Shown piece after piece: positions 1 to 11,126 of a stretch of DNA of 64,000 nucleotides (positions are counted from its first letter, which is position 1; each line of letters begins with the position of its first letter). The notes beneath the pieces were generated by a model, which did not search any database, was not told the origin of the DNA, and was given only the letters and a program-made list of their open reading frames with translations. The position numbers and the translations under genes were made by a program. The stretch comes from Pristiophorus japonicus (Eukaryota), in NCBI RefSeq assembly GCF_044704955.1, contig NC_091999.1, positions 20,212,001-20,276,000 of the forward strand, given 5' to 3'.

Positions 1-102
1 GGCCCCTATCTTTTTTCGAGAAGATTTCAAAATGTCCACCATAAATAACCCCCGGGATTTATAAAAATCCGATTTCATAAACGAAGTCGGACGTCTGTTC
101 TC

Positions 103-503
103 AGTGTCAGCTGTGGCTCAGTGCTAGTGCTCTCGCTTCTGTGTGAGAAGGTCGTGGGTTCAGAATCCCACTTCAGAGACTTGAGCACATGAATCTAGGC
201 TGAGAGTCCAGTGCAGTGCTGAGGGAGCGCTGCACTTTCGACGGTGCCGTTTTTCAGATGGGATATTAAACCGAGGCCCCATCTGCTCGTTCCTCTGGAC
301 ATGAAAGGTCCCATGACAATATTTCGACTAAGAGCAAGGGCTTGCGGGGTGGGGTTATCCCTGCTGTCCTGGCCAATATTTATCCATCAATCAACGTAAC
401 TAAAAATAGATTATCTGGTCATTTTCACATTGCTGTTTGTGGGAGTTTGCTTGCATGCAAACTGGCTGCTGCATTTTGTACATTATAGCAGTGACTACAC
501 TCC
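103..503 (+). mobile_element. tRNA-derived SINE with Deu-type core (SacSINE1/DeuSINE-like)
   Basis: A-box TGGCTCAGTG and B-box-like GGTTCAGAATCC head. Central cagtgctgagggagcgctgcact...taaaccgaggcccc core. Near-identical layout at 35557, 45085, 50153 and (minus) 32055. Confidence 0.8.
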
Positions 504-504
504 A

Positions 505-992
505 AAAGAAGGGGTGCAACAAATGTTCACGGGATTGATTCCTGGGATGCGAGGGTTGTCCTATGAGAAGAGATTGAGTAGATTGGGCCTATATTCTGTG
601 GATTTTAGAGAATGAGAGATGATCTCCTTAAAATGTATGAAATTCGTAGAGGAAATTCGCAGAATAGAGCCTTGGATGCTGTTTCCCCTGGCTGATGTGT
701 CTAGAACTAGAGTTCATAGTCTTTGGATATGCCATTCAGGTTAGAGATGAGGAGAAATTTCCTCATTCACAGGGTTGCGAATCTTTTGAATTCTATACCT
801 CAGAGAGCTGTGAATACTCAGCCGTGGAGTATATTCAAGACAGAGATAGATAGATTTTTGGGCACTAAGTGAGTTAAATGTTTTGGGGATAGGGCGGGAA
901 AGTGAAGTCGAGGTCATAAAACCACCATGATCTTATTGAATGCTGGAACAGGCTCGAGGGGCCGTATGACCTACTCCTGCTCCTATTTCTTA
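505..992 (+). mobile_element. CR1 LINE 3' fragment
   Basis: FTGLIPGMRGLSYEKRLSRLGLYS (CR1 ORF2 C-terminus) followed by the CR1 3' UTR hairpin ggctcgaggggccgtatgacctactcctgctcc. Confidence 0.85.
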
Positions 993-1032
993 TTTTTTGG
1001 GATGGATCAATCCAGCCACAGCTGCGTTGATA

Positions 1033-1069
1033 TATTTTCGACGGCAGAGTCCGCTGTCTGCTCATTGAG
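1033..1069 (-). other. Degenerate recombination signal sequence of the NAR-like V pseudogene
   Basis: Minus strand CTCAATG (decayed CACAATG, 1063-1069), ~21-bp spacer, TCGAAAATA nonamer-like (1033-1041), just after the YRCKA motif. Confidence 0.4.
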
Positions 1070-1338
1070 ATTTACCTACCCATCTCTAAGCTTTGCATCG
1101 GTATGTGGCAACTTATTCAATTCTCAGAACCTTCACTTCCAAAACAAACAACTTTATTTATTTTTTGACTGATTCAACAAATTGTCCTCCAATAGGAATG
1201 GTTTCTGACTGTGATCCCCTTCTCGAAAACGACACTAGCCCATTTTACCCAATATATAGCTATTGTGAAAAAAACAAGTGCTGGTGATAGACTGGCAATC
1301 CTTCCTACTCACTATAATTATTCTGTGACTGAAGACCA
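1070..1338 (-). pseudogene. IgNAR-like V exon (NAR-TCR V type), pseudogene
   Basis: After the acceptor ccctttcAG the manual translation is xVFSHRIIIVSRKDCQSITSTCFFHNSYILGKMG*CRFREGDHS, a frameshift, then ETIPIGGQFVESVKK*IKLFVLEVKVLRIE*VATYRCKA*RW. This matches the VNAR pattern [36 protein letters not shown]. The canonical Cys codons (1274-1276 and 1095-1097) are ~60 codons apart, so there is no CDR2. Confidence 0.8.
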
Positions 1339-1475
1339 CTGAAAGGGAAACAAGTCCAGCAAGTCTATTTAAAGAGTCTTCAATGTCCAATATTACTGAC
1401 AGACCAATAGCAAGAGAGTGCTACAATCCAAGTATATTATATTCTTGTTCAACATTTACTGCATTGAATACTCAC

Positions 1476-1530
1476 ATTATAATTGGGTCAACAGGATGGA
1501 GTCACTGCAAAGCGTCATTCGGACGCACAT
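1476..1530 (-). pseudogene. Leader exon of the NAR-like V pseudogene
   Basis: ATG at 1530 gives MCVRMTLCSDSILLTQL* plus 1 nt, then a GTGAGT donor (phase 1). The 137-bp intron leads to an exon starting xVFS, like the IgNAR leader end LLAWLPN/VFT. Confidence 0.6.
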
Positions 1531-2469
1531 GACTCCTAGTTTAAACAGTAGCTCTCTAGGTAAGCTTAGTGTGTACTGACTAAGGGTAGTTGTGTTTAAA
1601 GAGCGCGGGGACTATTCCAATCCTTTTGATGGATTGGTGGGGGCAGAAGCATTGCCTAAGCTTTCCATGAAATACCCACAGATGTTTCATCTGGTTATTA
1701 TGTGTGAAGGATATCGTTGCTATTACCAGCAAGGTTTACGATTTCCCTTAGATTTCGCCAAAGCATAATGCATTTTTAAGAGTGCTCTCAGAATTTCGCA
1801 AAAAAAACACCACGAATATACATCTTTCAGTTACGTTAACATGATCCCTAATAATGACCAGCAGAACATTATTACCTCAGTGATTAGTTAAGACAAAAAG
1901 AAATGGCCAGTTGAAGAATTTGCCTTTTGTTCAGGACAGCAATTAAAATACTGATGCGGACTTCTTAACTGATAGGAATTTTTTTACACCAAAGGTTCGG
2001 TCAGAACCGATCTGGTGCATTACTACCGAAATAACCTGTGACATTATAACGTTGTTTTGAGAGAACAAAGAGCCTGAAGAGTTTTTCATGTGCATTGTCA
2101 TTCAAGTTCTAGTCGTTGTATTAATATATGGAATCTAGATAGAAACACATATCGGAACTGAATGGACTCTGGCAATGTATAACTGGCAAAGAGTAAAATA
2201 AAAGCCTATCCCAATATCACTTCATAGAAAATGAGCCACGTTCATTTCTGACAGCAGAAAATAATATAGTTGAACTGTCCTGTAATTTACCTAAATTTTG
2301 CAAAATAAAATATTTCAAAAGCAGAAATGATAACTCAACCTTCTGTATTTGCGTCATATCTCATGTAGCTCTTCTTTCTTAAGAAATGTACATAATCGCC
2401 TTTTTAATATTTCCACTGTCTCTTTCAAATCTTGGTTTGTAATATATTCTGCTAGTATAATAAATGCAG

Positions 2470-3560
2470 CAACTAGTCAGGTGCCACATGGATCAGTGCT
2501 GGGACCCCAACTATTTACAATCTAAATTAACGACTTGGAAGAAGGGACTGAGTGTAACATTGCCAGGTTTGGTGACGATACAACGATGGGAGGTAAAGGA
2601 AGGCGTGAGGTGGACACAAAAAATCTACAAAGGGACATAGACAGGCTTAGTGAGTGGGCAAAAAGTTGGGAGATGGAGTATAATGTTGGAAAGTGTGAGG
2701 TCATGCACTTTGGCAGAAAAACTATCAAACAGCAAGTTATTATTCAAATGGAGAAAGTTTGCAAAGTGCTGCAGTACAGCAGGACCTAGGGGTACTTGTG
2801 CATGAAATACAGCAAGTGATCAGGAAGGCCAATGCTTCCTTTGTTTCCATAGGCAGCTTCTCCCACAGATTGACCACTCACTCACTGAAATATTGTTTCC
2901 GTGTATTGGCTTGAATGTACTCCCGTCAACCTGCAGCCTTAAAGCAGGGAAGTCTTGCTACAGCTGTACAGGGTATTGGTGAGGCCGCGGCGGGAATACT
3001 GCGTGTAATTTTGGTTTCCATATTTACGAACGGATAACATTGCTTTGTCGGTGGTTCGGAGAAGGTTCACATGTTTGATTCCGGAGATAAGGGGGTTGAC
3101 TTATGAGAAAAGTTTGATAGGTTGGGTCTCTACTCATAGAAATTCAGAAGAGTGAGAGGTGATCTTATCGAAACGTATAAAGTTATGAAGGGGCTTGACA
3201 AGTTGGAAGCAGAGAGGATGTTTCCACTGATGGGGGAGATTAGAACAAGAGGACATCATATTAGAATAAGGGGCCGCCCATTTATAATTGAGACGAGGAG
3301 AAATTTCTTCTCTTAGAGAGTTGTAAATCTCTGGAATTCACTGCCTCAGAGAGCTGTGGAAGCTGGGACATTGAATACATTTAACACATAAATCGACTGT
3401 TTCTTAAACGATAAGGGAATAAGAGGTTATGGGGTGCGGGCAGCGAAGTGGACCTGAGTCCATGATTAGTTCAGCCATGATCGTATTAATTGGCGGAGCA
3501 GGCTCGAAGGGGCCGTATGACCTACTGCTGCTCCTATTTCCTATGTTTTTATGTTCTTAT
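2470..3560 (+). mobile_element. CR1 LINE, 5'-truncated (RT to 3' UTR)
   Basis: VPHGSVLGPQLF and IARFGDDTTMGG (FADD motif), LQRDIDRLSEWAKSWEMEYNVGKC; 3' UTR hairpin and ctatgttt tail. Confidence 0.9.
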
Positions 3561-3594
3561 ATTGAAGAGGCTGCTTTATGGCTTAATGGACATT

Positions 3595-4037
3595 GGAACA
3601 TAGGAATATATGAATCGCTAGATGGAAAAAGACCAAGGTGCATTTAATAGGGTTTCTACCATCCTGGTACTCAAAGTATACTACGATAATTCAGTTGTTG
3701 ATTAATCATAGCAATCAATCTCTATCAATGATTCTACAATAGACATTAGGCGAAGAAAACTTCAGTGGTGGATAACTTAACAACCAATCGACCAAAGTCA
3801 CCTGCTCCTCCCAAACATACTACATTCACCAGACGTCTTGTCTCAAAGTACTCGCATAATGTGTCCTACATTTTATTCTGTGAAATAATTCTCTCTAATT
3901 CGCATTTGAATGAATCAACACGAACTGCTTCCATCGTTTCCCTAGGGAGCCTGCCCCACAGATTGACCACTCACTCACTGAAATATTGTTTCCGTCGATT
4001 GGTTTTGAATTTACTCCATTGAACCTGCACCCTTAAA
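3595..4037 (-). mobile_element. CR1-like LINE 3' fragment
   Basis: gaacatagga-type tail at the left end; antisense FSE.VVNLW (cacagattgaccactcactcactgaa) typical of the CR1 C-terminus. Confidence 0.55.
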
Positions 4038-4386
4038 ATAAGCGAACCTAATATTTATCTCGGTTCTTATTGTTGTGATCTTGCTTGCCGCAAATTATCG
4101 GCTGTGCTTGCATGCAGGGAACCGTAATTATTCTTCAGATTGCAATTCAGCAATTTGAAAGCGCTTTGGAGCATGCTATATTCTTGAAATAAACGCGCAC
4201 TTGTGTACATTCTGTGATTGTGCTAAAGAGTAAACCGCTGATAGCGATTTTTTAATGGAACTACAAATCAGCACAAATGTAAAACGGGCTGCCGATTTGC
4301 TATCGCCGTGTTTATACAATTGCACGTTGTGAAAATCTATCCCATTCGATCTTCTTTCTAAACATTCCATCCTAAAAGCAGCCCCG

Positions 4387-4425
4387 GGTTTTTGTGCACA
4401 CTCTGTCACTCATTATCACACTGTG
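4387..4425 (-). other. Consensus 23-RSS of TCR V segment 1
   Basis: Minus strand CACAGTG (4419-4425), exactly 23 bp spacer, ACAAAAACC (4387-4395): perfect consensus. Confidence 0.97.
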
Positions 4426-4696
4426 TGAACGACACAGAAGTAGGTCGCTGTGTCTGTCAGATGTAAGTCCACGATAGTCAGGGAGCTGCGCTTCTCCGAA
4501 CTTTGACTGACGGCTGTAAATCGTCCTTTATGTTCAGCATTTTCCGATGCCAACATCACCATCTTTGTGCTTTGGATTGGATGCTGGACCCACCAGAATA
4601 TCGCAGAGAAGGAAATGGTTGTGTGACAGTTAATCGATATGGTTTTCCCTTCACTGGCAGTCTGTGACGGAAATGTTCGTACAATTTCCTCTTTAC
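4426..4696 (-). CDS. T-cell receptor alpha/delta variable segment 1 (V exon; leader exon not identified)
   Basis: Acceptor gttatAG. Open frame GKEEIVRTFPSQTASEGKTISINC..FWWVQHP..GRFT..SSLTIVDLHLTDTATYFCVVH with both canonical Cys, the Trp and DTATYFC, ending at a perfect 23-RSS. Confidence 0.9.
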
Positions 4697-4917
4697 CTAT
4701 AACAACCAATCTTATTAATGGAGAAAAGCAGACAAAACCAGTCAGTTCCAAAAGGTATGTCAGGAACATAGCAGTTCCCAATCAGAGGAAATAGTTTCTG
4801 CATATCTAACTGATCGAATACACTTAACATTTAAAACATCGCATTTGTTTTTACTCACTAGCATCCAACAAACGTTTCTGTAACCTGTCCTTATAATTTA
4901 ATATTCTGCGACCCATT

Positions 4918-5250
4918 CATCATCATCACAGGCAGTCCCTCGAAATTGAGGAAGACTTTCTTCCACTCTAAAAGTGAGTTCGCAGGTGACTCTACAGTTC
5001 AATATGGGAATTACATTCTCTGTCACAGGTGGGACAGACAGTGGTTGAAGGAAAGTGTGGGTTGGGAGTCTGGTTTGCCACATGCTCCTTGCGCAGCCTG
5101 CGTTGATTTCTGCATGCTCTCGGTGACGAGACACGAGGTGCTCAGTGCTATCCCGGATGGTCTTCCTTCACTTCGGATGGTTTTGGGCCAGGTATTCCCA
5201 GGTGTTGGAGTGGATGTTGCACTTTATCAAGGAAGCTTTGAGGGTATCAT
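4918..5250 (-). mobile_element. RTE-clade LINE 3' fragment
   Basis: (CAT)n tail. Antisense DTLKASLIKCNIHSNTWE.LAQ.. and SRHREHAEI, resembling the RTE/BovB-type ORF C-terminus. Confidence 0.7.
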
Positions 5251-5254
5251 TCTG

Positions 5255-5690
5255 GTGATTCTGCGCTGTACCCGCTCCGAGGACAGTATATCTTTCCTGA
5301 GGTGCGGTGCCCAGAACTGAATGCAGTTACTCCAGAAGCAGACAACCAGAGTTTATACAACAGAAGCGGGACTTTCCTTCCTTTGTATTCCAGCTCCCTC
5401 GCGATAATGACCTCGATTACATTGGCCCCTTTGATTGCTCTTTGTACATGTCTAGTTGTTTTTAATGATTTGTGTATTTGGACTCCTAAATCACTTTGCT
5501 CCTCTACAGCAACTAGCTTCACACTATTTAGAAAATACTCCGATTCATCATTTGTTGGTCTAGAGTGGATGTCTTCTTATTTGCCCACATTAGCTTCAAT
5601 ATGCTCGAGTTCTTCCCACTGATTTAATCTATCAACGTCCTCCTTACATCTGCACTACTTACTCGCCCTCGTAATTTAATGTCATCTACA
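5255..5690 (-). mobile_element. CR1 LINE fragment
   Basis: ORF 5247-5522: VEEQSDLGVQIHKSLK..ARELEYKGRKVPLLLYKL. Confidence 0.75.
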
Positions 5691-6949
5691 AACAATCCAA
5701 GTTATTAATAACTATGATAATAAATATCTGTACCCCTCTCTCGGGACACAATATAAGGTAACTTTACACGAGTTGTCACTGTTAGCTCACACATGTAAAG
5801 CTCACTGGAAAATAAAGCATTATAGACATCTGAAACACTCTTTGCATCTTATGCACTGACAGCTTCGGTAACAATCCGATCAGAGTATTGTGGCAGGAAT
5901 TACTGAGAGATATTACGAGGACAATAATATTCAAATGCTTCGTTGGTTTATCATGCAGAAAAAAAAACACATGTGGAACCTCGATCTGATTTGACATCAA
6001 CATGTACTGACCACGTGGTCCAATTTCATCATTTCGTACTGTGACACCATTCGAGGAAAAATAAACGATATCATTGTATGCAAGCCATATGTTATTGTAG
6101 GTGGATTGGTCGAGTAATTGAAGTGTTACCCGGATCAAATTAAAAGACTAACATTTCCATTAAATCCAATGGACAAATAGATATTTTATCGACAAGTTGC
6201 TCATTGATCTGCTAACATCCCAACAGCTATTGCTAAGGCTTGTTTGATTGCTACCCTACGGTTTCTTTTTATTCCACTTTTTTCATGTATAATATTGAAA
6301 AACAACAGTAACTCGAAATATGACCAATAATTTTTTGTACCTTTTACAAATCATGCATTTAGTTCTCCTGAACATGGTAGCTGATTTATATTTAATTAGG
6401 TTTTTGGCAGCCATCCCATGTCTGGTTACCAGGACTAGGCTGCTATCAACAGAGTTTTGAAGGGGTCTTTTTACCGGTAGTCGACGTGACACTTGCAGGA
6501 CGTAACCTCCATACCCATGCTATTACTAGTGACTCTCCAGTGACATTCCCACGTGGAATCAAGGCCAGCGTATTCTTCCAGACACAGGTTAAAGGGCAGT
6601 GAATTAGTGGACCTGGGGGCGCAGATATAAATTTCCCTCATGTTATCTAATAAAAATAATAATTATTATTGTTATTATTATTTGTGGTTAAATAGCAAGA
6701 CCGGTATTATTTTGGAGCGAGGAAGTGCAGTTCACTGGAGCCGAGCCGTTTTTCTCCTATGCTGTGGAATTGGGAAACACAGAACTGAAGCGCTACAGCA
6801 CCATCACAGGCTGAAGGTGTAATTACATTGATATAAGTTTCAATTATAAATATAGTTAAAATTATTTATAGTCGAAATGTTAACACAATAATTACAGGAA
6901 TAAGGCACATATTTAATATTTGACTAGGTGATATTCGTGGTGTTGTAGG

Positions 6950-8650
6950 TGGTGAATGAGGTCCATTACCAGCGATATTTTTGCCACATGGGAACTGCAG
7001 GTCGCTCCATGTGCCCTGGGCGTGTACAAGAAGTGCTTCCAGATTCTCAAAGTCGAGCTCAGGGTTTCTGAGCTTGAAGAGCGGCTTTAATCACGGCACG
7101 GCATTCGGCAAGCTGAGAGTTTCCTGGAGAGCATTGGGCATAATTTCAATGGGTACAGCGGCCATAATTTCAAAGTTTGCAGATAATATAAAACTCGGAT
7201 AAGTAGTAAGCAATGAGGATGATAGTACACAGACTTCAGGACGATATATACATCCTGTTGATATGGCAGACGCAAGGCAGATGAAATTTAACTCAGAGAA
7301 GTGCGCAGTGATATCTTTGCGTAGGAAGAATGAGGAGAGGCAATATGAACTAAATGGTATAATTTTAAAGGGGGTGCGCATCAATCTTGCTGTGTATGTA
7401 CATACAGCTTTGAAGGTGACAGGACAAGTTGAGAAGACTATTAAAAAGCATTTTGATCCTTGGCTTTATTAATACCAGACTAGAGTACAAAGACAAGGAA
7501 ATTATGCTAAACCTTTATAAATCACGTGTCAGGAGTCCTCGCCGAAAGGAAAATCCATGATAGGGGTCGGTCAATTAGAACTGAGAAGAGAAGAAATTTC
7601 TTCACTCAGAGGTTTGTGAGTCTTTGGAATTGTCTTCCCCAGAAGGGTTGTGGATGAGCAATCGGTGAGTATATTCAAGACAGCGATTGCTAGATTTTTG
7701 GACACTCACGGACGTTGAGTATATTCAAGGCTGAGATCGTTAGATGCTTGGACTCTAACAGAATCAAGGGCGGTGGAGATGGGGCAGGAAAGTGGAATTG
7801 TGGTAAATGATCAGCCATGATATTATTGAATGGCAGAGTCAGCTTGAAGGGACGTATAACCTACATTCTGGCTCCTAATCCTTATGATCTTATGTTCTTA
7901 CGACGTCGATAGATTCTTGGATGCAAAGGGAATCAAGCGAAGTGAGTTTGAAGCAGAAATTCAGCCATGATCTCAGTGAATGGCTGAGCAGGTTGGAGGA
8001 GCGGTATGGCATACTCCTGCTCCTATTTCTTATTTCTTACGTTCTTATGAATATAGTACAAAGCAAGAAAGTTATTCTAAATTCTTATAATGCAATGGCC
8101 AGGCCTCAGCTGGAGTATTATTTTCAGTTCTGGGTACCGCACTTTGGGAAAGAAATTAAGCCTTAGAGAGGGGCGCAGAAAAGATTTACTAGAATTGTAC
8201 TAGAAACTGATGAGGAACTTCAGTTATGTGGAGAGACTGGAGAAACTGGGTTTGTTCTCCTTAGAGCAGAAAAGGATAAGAGGAGATTTGATAGAATGTT
8301 GAAAATCATGAATTGTTTTGATAGAGCAAATAAGGAGAAACATTTTCCCGTGGCGGAAGGGTCAGTAACCATAGCACACAGATTTAAGTGATTCGCAAAA
8401 GAACCAGAGGCAAAATAAAAAACCTTTTTTAAACAGCGAGTTGTTGTGATCTGGAATGCACAGTCTGAAAGGGTGTGGAAACAGATTCAAAAGTAACATT
8501 CAAAAGAGAATTGGATAAAGGCTTGAAGCGAAACAAATTATAGAGCTACATGAGAGAGCAGGGGAGTGGGATTACTTGGACAGCTCTTAATTGGAGATCC
8601 GGAAAAGCACGACAGACTGAATGGCCTACTTTTGTGCTGTATCATTCTAT
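6950..8650 (+). mobile_element. Cluster of CR1 fragments (ORF1 zinc-finger remnant, RT and several 3' ends)
   Basis: CHMGTAG/KKCFQILKVELRVSELEERL-like ORF1 remnant at ~6980-7130. SKFADNIKLG, MKFNSEKC, RPQLEYYFQFW.P and repeated 3' UTR hairpins. Confidence 0.75.
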
Positions 8651-10479
8651 GATTTTTAAAAGCAAGTACATTGTTTTCGATTATTTTCCGCATTTCCGTG
8701 TTCATGAAAGGGAGGGGATTCGGTGTGAGATTGTGCTGAATTGCGGACGGTTCTGTGGGTCCATGCTCACTCGTGGAGTGATTTTTATTCACGACATTTC
8801 GTGCATCCGAGGAATTAGTTTAAACCACAATTGGAGGGAGCTTTCCTTAAACATTGATATTTTGTGACAACATTCCTGGGGGGAGGTAGCAAAGACAGAA
8901 AATTAAAGAGCTGCTTCTGAAGCTGGTTTCTATAGTGGGGAGGAGAACTCATGGATCAGTGAAATTCAATGGACTGAATCTTCTATGTTCTTTGAAATTC
9001 GATTATCTTTCAGTTTAAGATGTTAAACAATGTTTAACCCGACATGTGAACCCATTCTCTTCCTTACTGCAACCAAATATTTAAGAACTGGAAGAGTTGA
9101 ATTATTCTCTGGTTCACGAGGGCGCTGAGATTTGAAGTTATATTTTAGCAATCGCCGACTGGACAAAAATCATTGTCTGGGTGGCGAGCAGAGATGAAAA
9201 TATGTCGGGCTGTGGCGGTGGCGGGGGGAAATTACACGCCTGTAATGAGCCCCCCTCCCCAGATTTCCTCCCATTATTTGAAATGTAAGGACATCCCGGG
9301 CTCTGCTATCAGTGGGAGGCCTTCTGGACCTGAATTGCCTCACACTCTTTTTCATTGCTTAAAATAGAAATGAAATGATGAAGTGTGGGAGATGTTCACT
9401 CTGGTTGCCTTTTGTGAGACATAACAGACGTGGGAGATATTTCCTGTTAGCGATAGGGAATGGATCGTGTCACTTGTAAGCTTATAACTTTTTCCACAAG
9501 TAAAAAGGGCTTAGGTGCATTTATTTGCAATAATGTGAATTAGGTATACAAAAATAACTATTATTATTAAAAAATACACATATAATTAAGAGAACATTTA
9601 AGGTAATAAGGTGAGAGGAGATTTATCCGTTACTGGTCCCGAGCTTCAGGGGAACGGCTGATCCGGCCTCGTCACATTCTATGTACCTATCCTGTTTTAC
9701 TCCTTTTTAATCCTTTATTTCCGACCTGCTGCGTATCACATGTTCCATAGTCTCACCTCCGTCAGTTAGCGGCATAAACTTCAGTTTTAACAAGAATCAC
9801 TCCCCAAGCTTTCACCTTGACTGAAATGCTAATCAACTCATGTAACTGGAGGCAATTACAGAGAACAGAAGCCCCAATAGGGACGTTCCACATTTCATAC
9901 ACAGCTGTCCTCGGTGGAGTCAGAATCCGGAGTTGGAGCTTCACGATCCGTGAAAACATGTCTATGGAGATGTCGCGTCTCTCACTGCTGAGAGATTGAT
10001 GGTGCTAAAGGCAGCCATCTAACAAAGAAAGCCTGACTTTGTCTCTGATGAACTTCCTTATTAGCAAAGGCTGTCTCTGCCGGAAATCGCTTTGAAATTA
10101 AATGGTTCACTGCACTTGGCTCACCATAACTCGTGTAACAGTTAAAAGCCAAGAATGAATATAAGGAAATTAATATCAAATAAACTGTTTACTTGCATTA
10201 ACACATCTGTTTCCATTTCGCTAGAAATAACGCACAGAGATATTAATTCCATGTTTACATCGGAAACAGAAAAGGAAATCGAACCCGATCCTATCTCCAG
10301 GTCACCTATGGTTACTTTGTGGGGTTTTGGGACGATTTGCAGTCAGAATGTTTCTGAGTCGCTGTAATATGTTTTCCCTGTGAGACTCAGATCACACCGT
10401 GTGCCGAGCACTGTTTCCTCTCACTGCCAGTCTGCACAGCCCAAAATAAGGATTATCTCCAGGGCACACACATCCAGCT

Positions 10480-10518
10480 AGTTTTTGTACGTGGGTCTGA
10501 CTGGTTCCCACCATTCTG
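10480..10518 (-). other. Defective 23-RSS of TCR V segment 2
   Basis: Minus strand heptamer CAGAATG (invariant CAC mutated), 23-bp spacer, nonamer ACAAAAACT. Confidence 0.85.
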
Positions 10519-10920
10519 AGACTCAGCGCGCAGTAATAGGTGGCGGATTCAGCAGGCCGCAGTTTGAAGGTGGTTAAAATGAAGATGACTTTGGCAGTGT
10601 CCAGCACAATGGCGAAACGGCTTTCAGCAAAATCCGCTTTTATTTGGCAACCGCCTGAAAGCTTGACAACAATAAACTCGGGTTCACTGCCGGCGTATTG
10701 GCACTCATGGTCGTGAAATAGATTATAATGATTCCTTCTGTCCAACTCACTGTTGGAAGCTGCTGTCTGACAGAGATTTCCTGGGACAGACCTGCATTAA
10801 ATGCAAACCAACGTCAAAAAGTAAACCATTTTTAAATTCACATTTGACCCCAAACCGTGTCTCAGAATAATTACCTGTAAGTAATGCTCCAAACACAGCA
10901 CAGATACCGATTAACCGCAT
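10519..10920 (-). pseudogene. T-cell receptor alpha/delta V segment 2, pseudogene (leader 10875-10920, V exon 10519-10791)
   Basis: Leader MRLIGICAVFGALLT-G|GTAATT and an 83-bp intron ending TGCAG. The V exon reads GLSQEISVRQQLPTVSWTEG; a deletion/frameshift then removes the first Cys and the WYxQ Trp. It resumes QYAGSEPEFIVVKLSGGCQIKADFAESRFAIVLD..LRPAESATYYCALS. Confidence 0.88.
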
Positions 10921-11074
10921 TGCTGCTTCGCCGTGCGTTTATTAAATTTGTAATCTCTGGAAACTGGCACGAATTTGCAGCTGAAACAACCCTTTTGGAG
11001 GGTCGGTTGTCGCGCTCCAGTGTCCCGCCACTTGTGCCGTGAATCTCTGGGGAAAGCACGGCCGGCAGTCGCCA

Positions 11075-11126
11075 GCCAATGACAAAAGGAATATTCCAAC
11101 TGAACAAAGCGCAACCACACAAAGGC
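11075..11126 (-). promoter_or_regulatory. Putative V2 promoter motif cluster
   Basis: About 160-200 bp upstream of the leader ATG: CCAAT, AACAAAG (TCF/LEF-type) and AACCACA (RUNX, 11113-11119). These are short motifs only. Confidence 0.3.

Noticed and set aside
103-175. tRNA gene
   Set aside because: The A/B-box head continues into the SINE body and recurs in several SINE copies; no full cloverleaf.
5782-6138. 118-aa minus-strand ORF in unique sequence
   Set aside because: No recognisable domain and a non-ATG start; only its last ~20 codons look vaguely leader-like, with the wrong donor phase.
4700-10400. NAR-TCR D/J cassette upstream of leaderless V1
   Set aside because: By eye I found no GxGTxLTV-type J, no 12-RSS and no second VNAR-like exon in this interval; a formal RSS scan would be more sensitive.
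10370-10449. Possible D segment or back-up RSS downstream of V2 (CACCGTG at 10395-10401; CACTGTT/CACTGCC to its right)
   Set aside because: No convincing nonamer at 12 or 23 bp on the left; the right-hand candidate CCAAAATAA matches only 5 of 9 positions.
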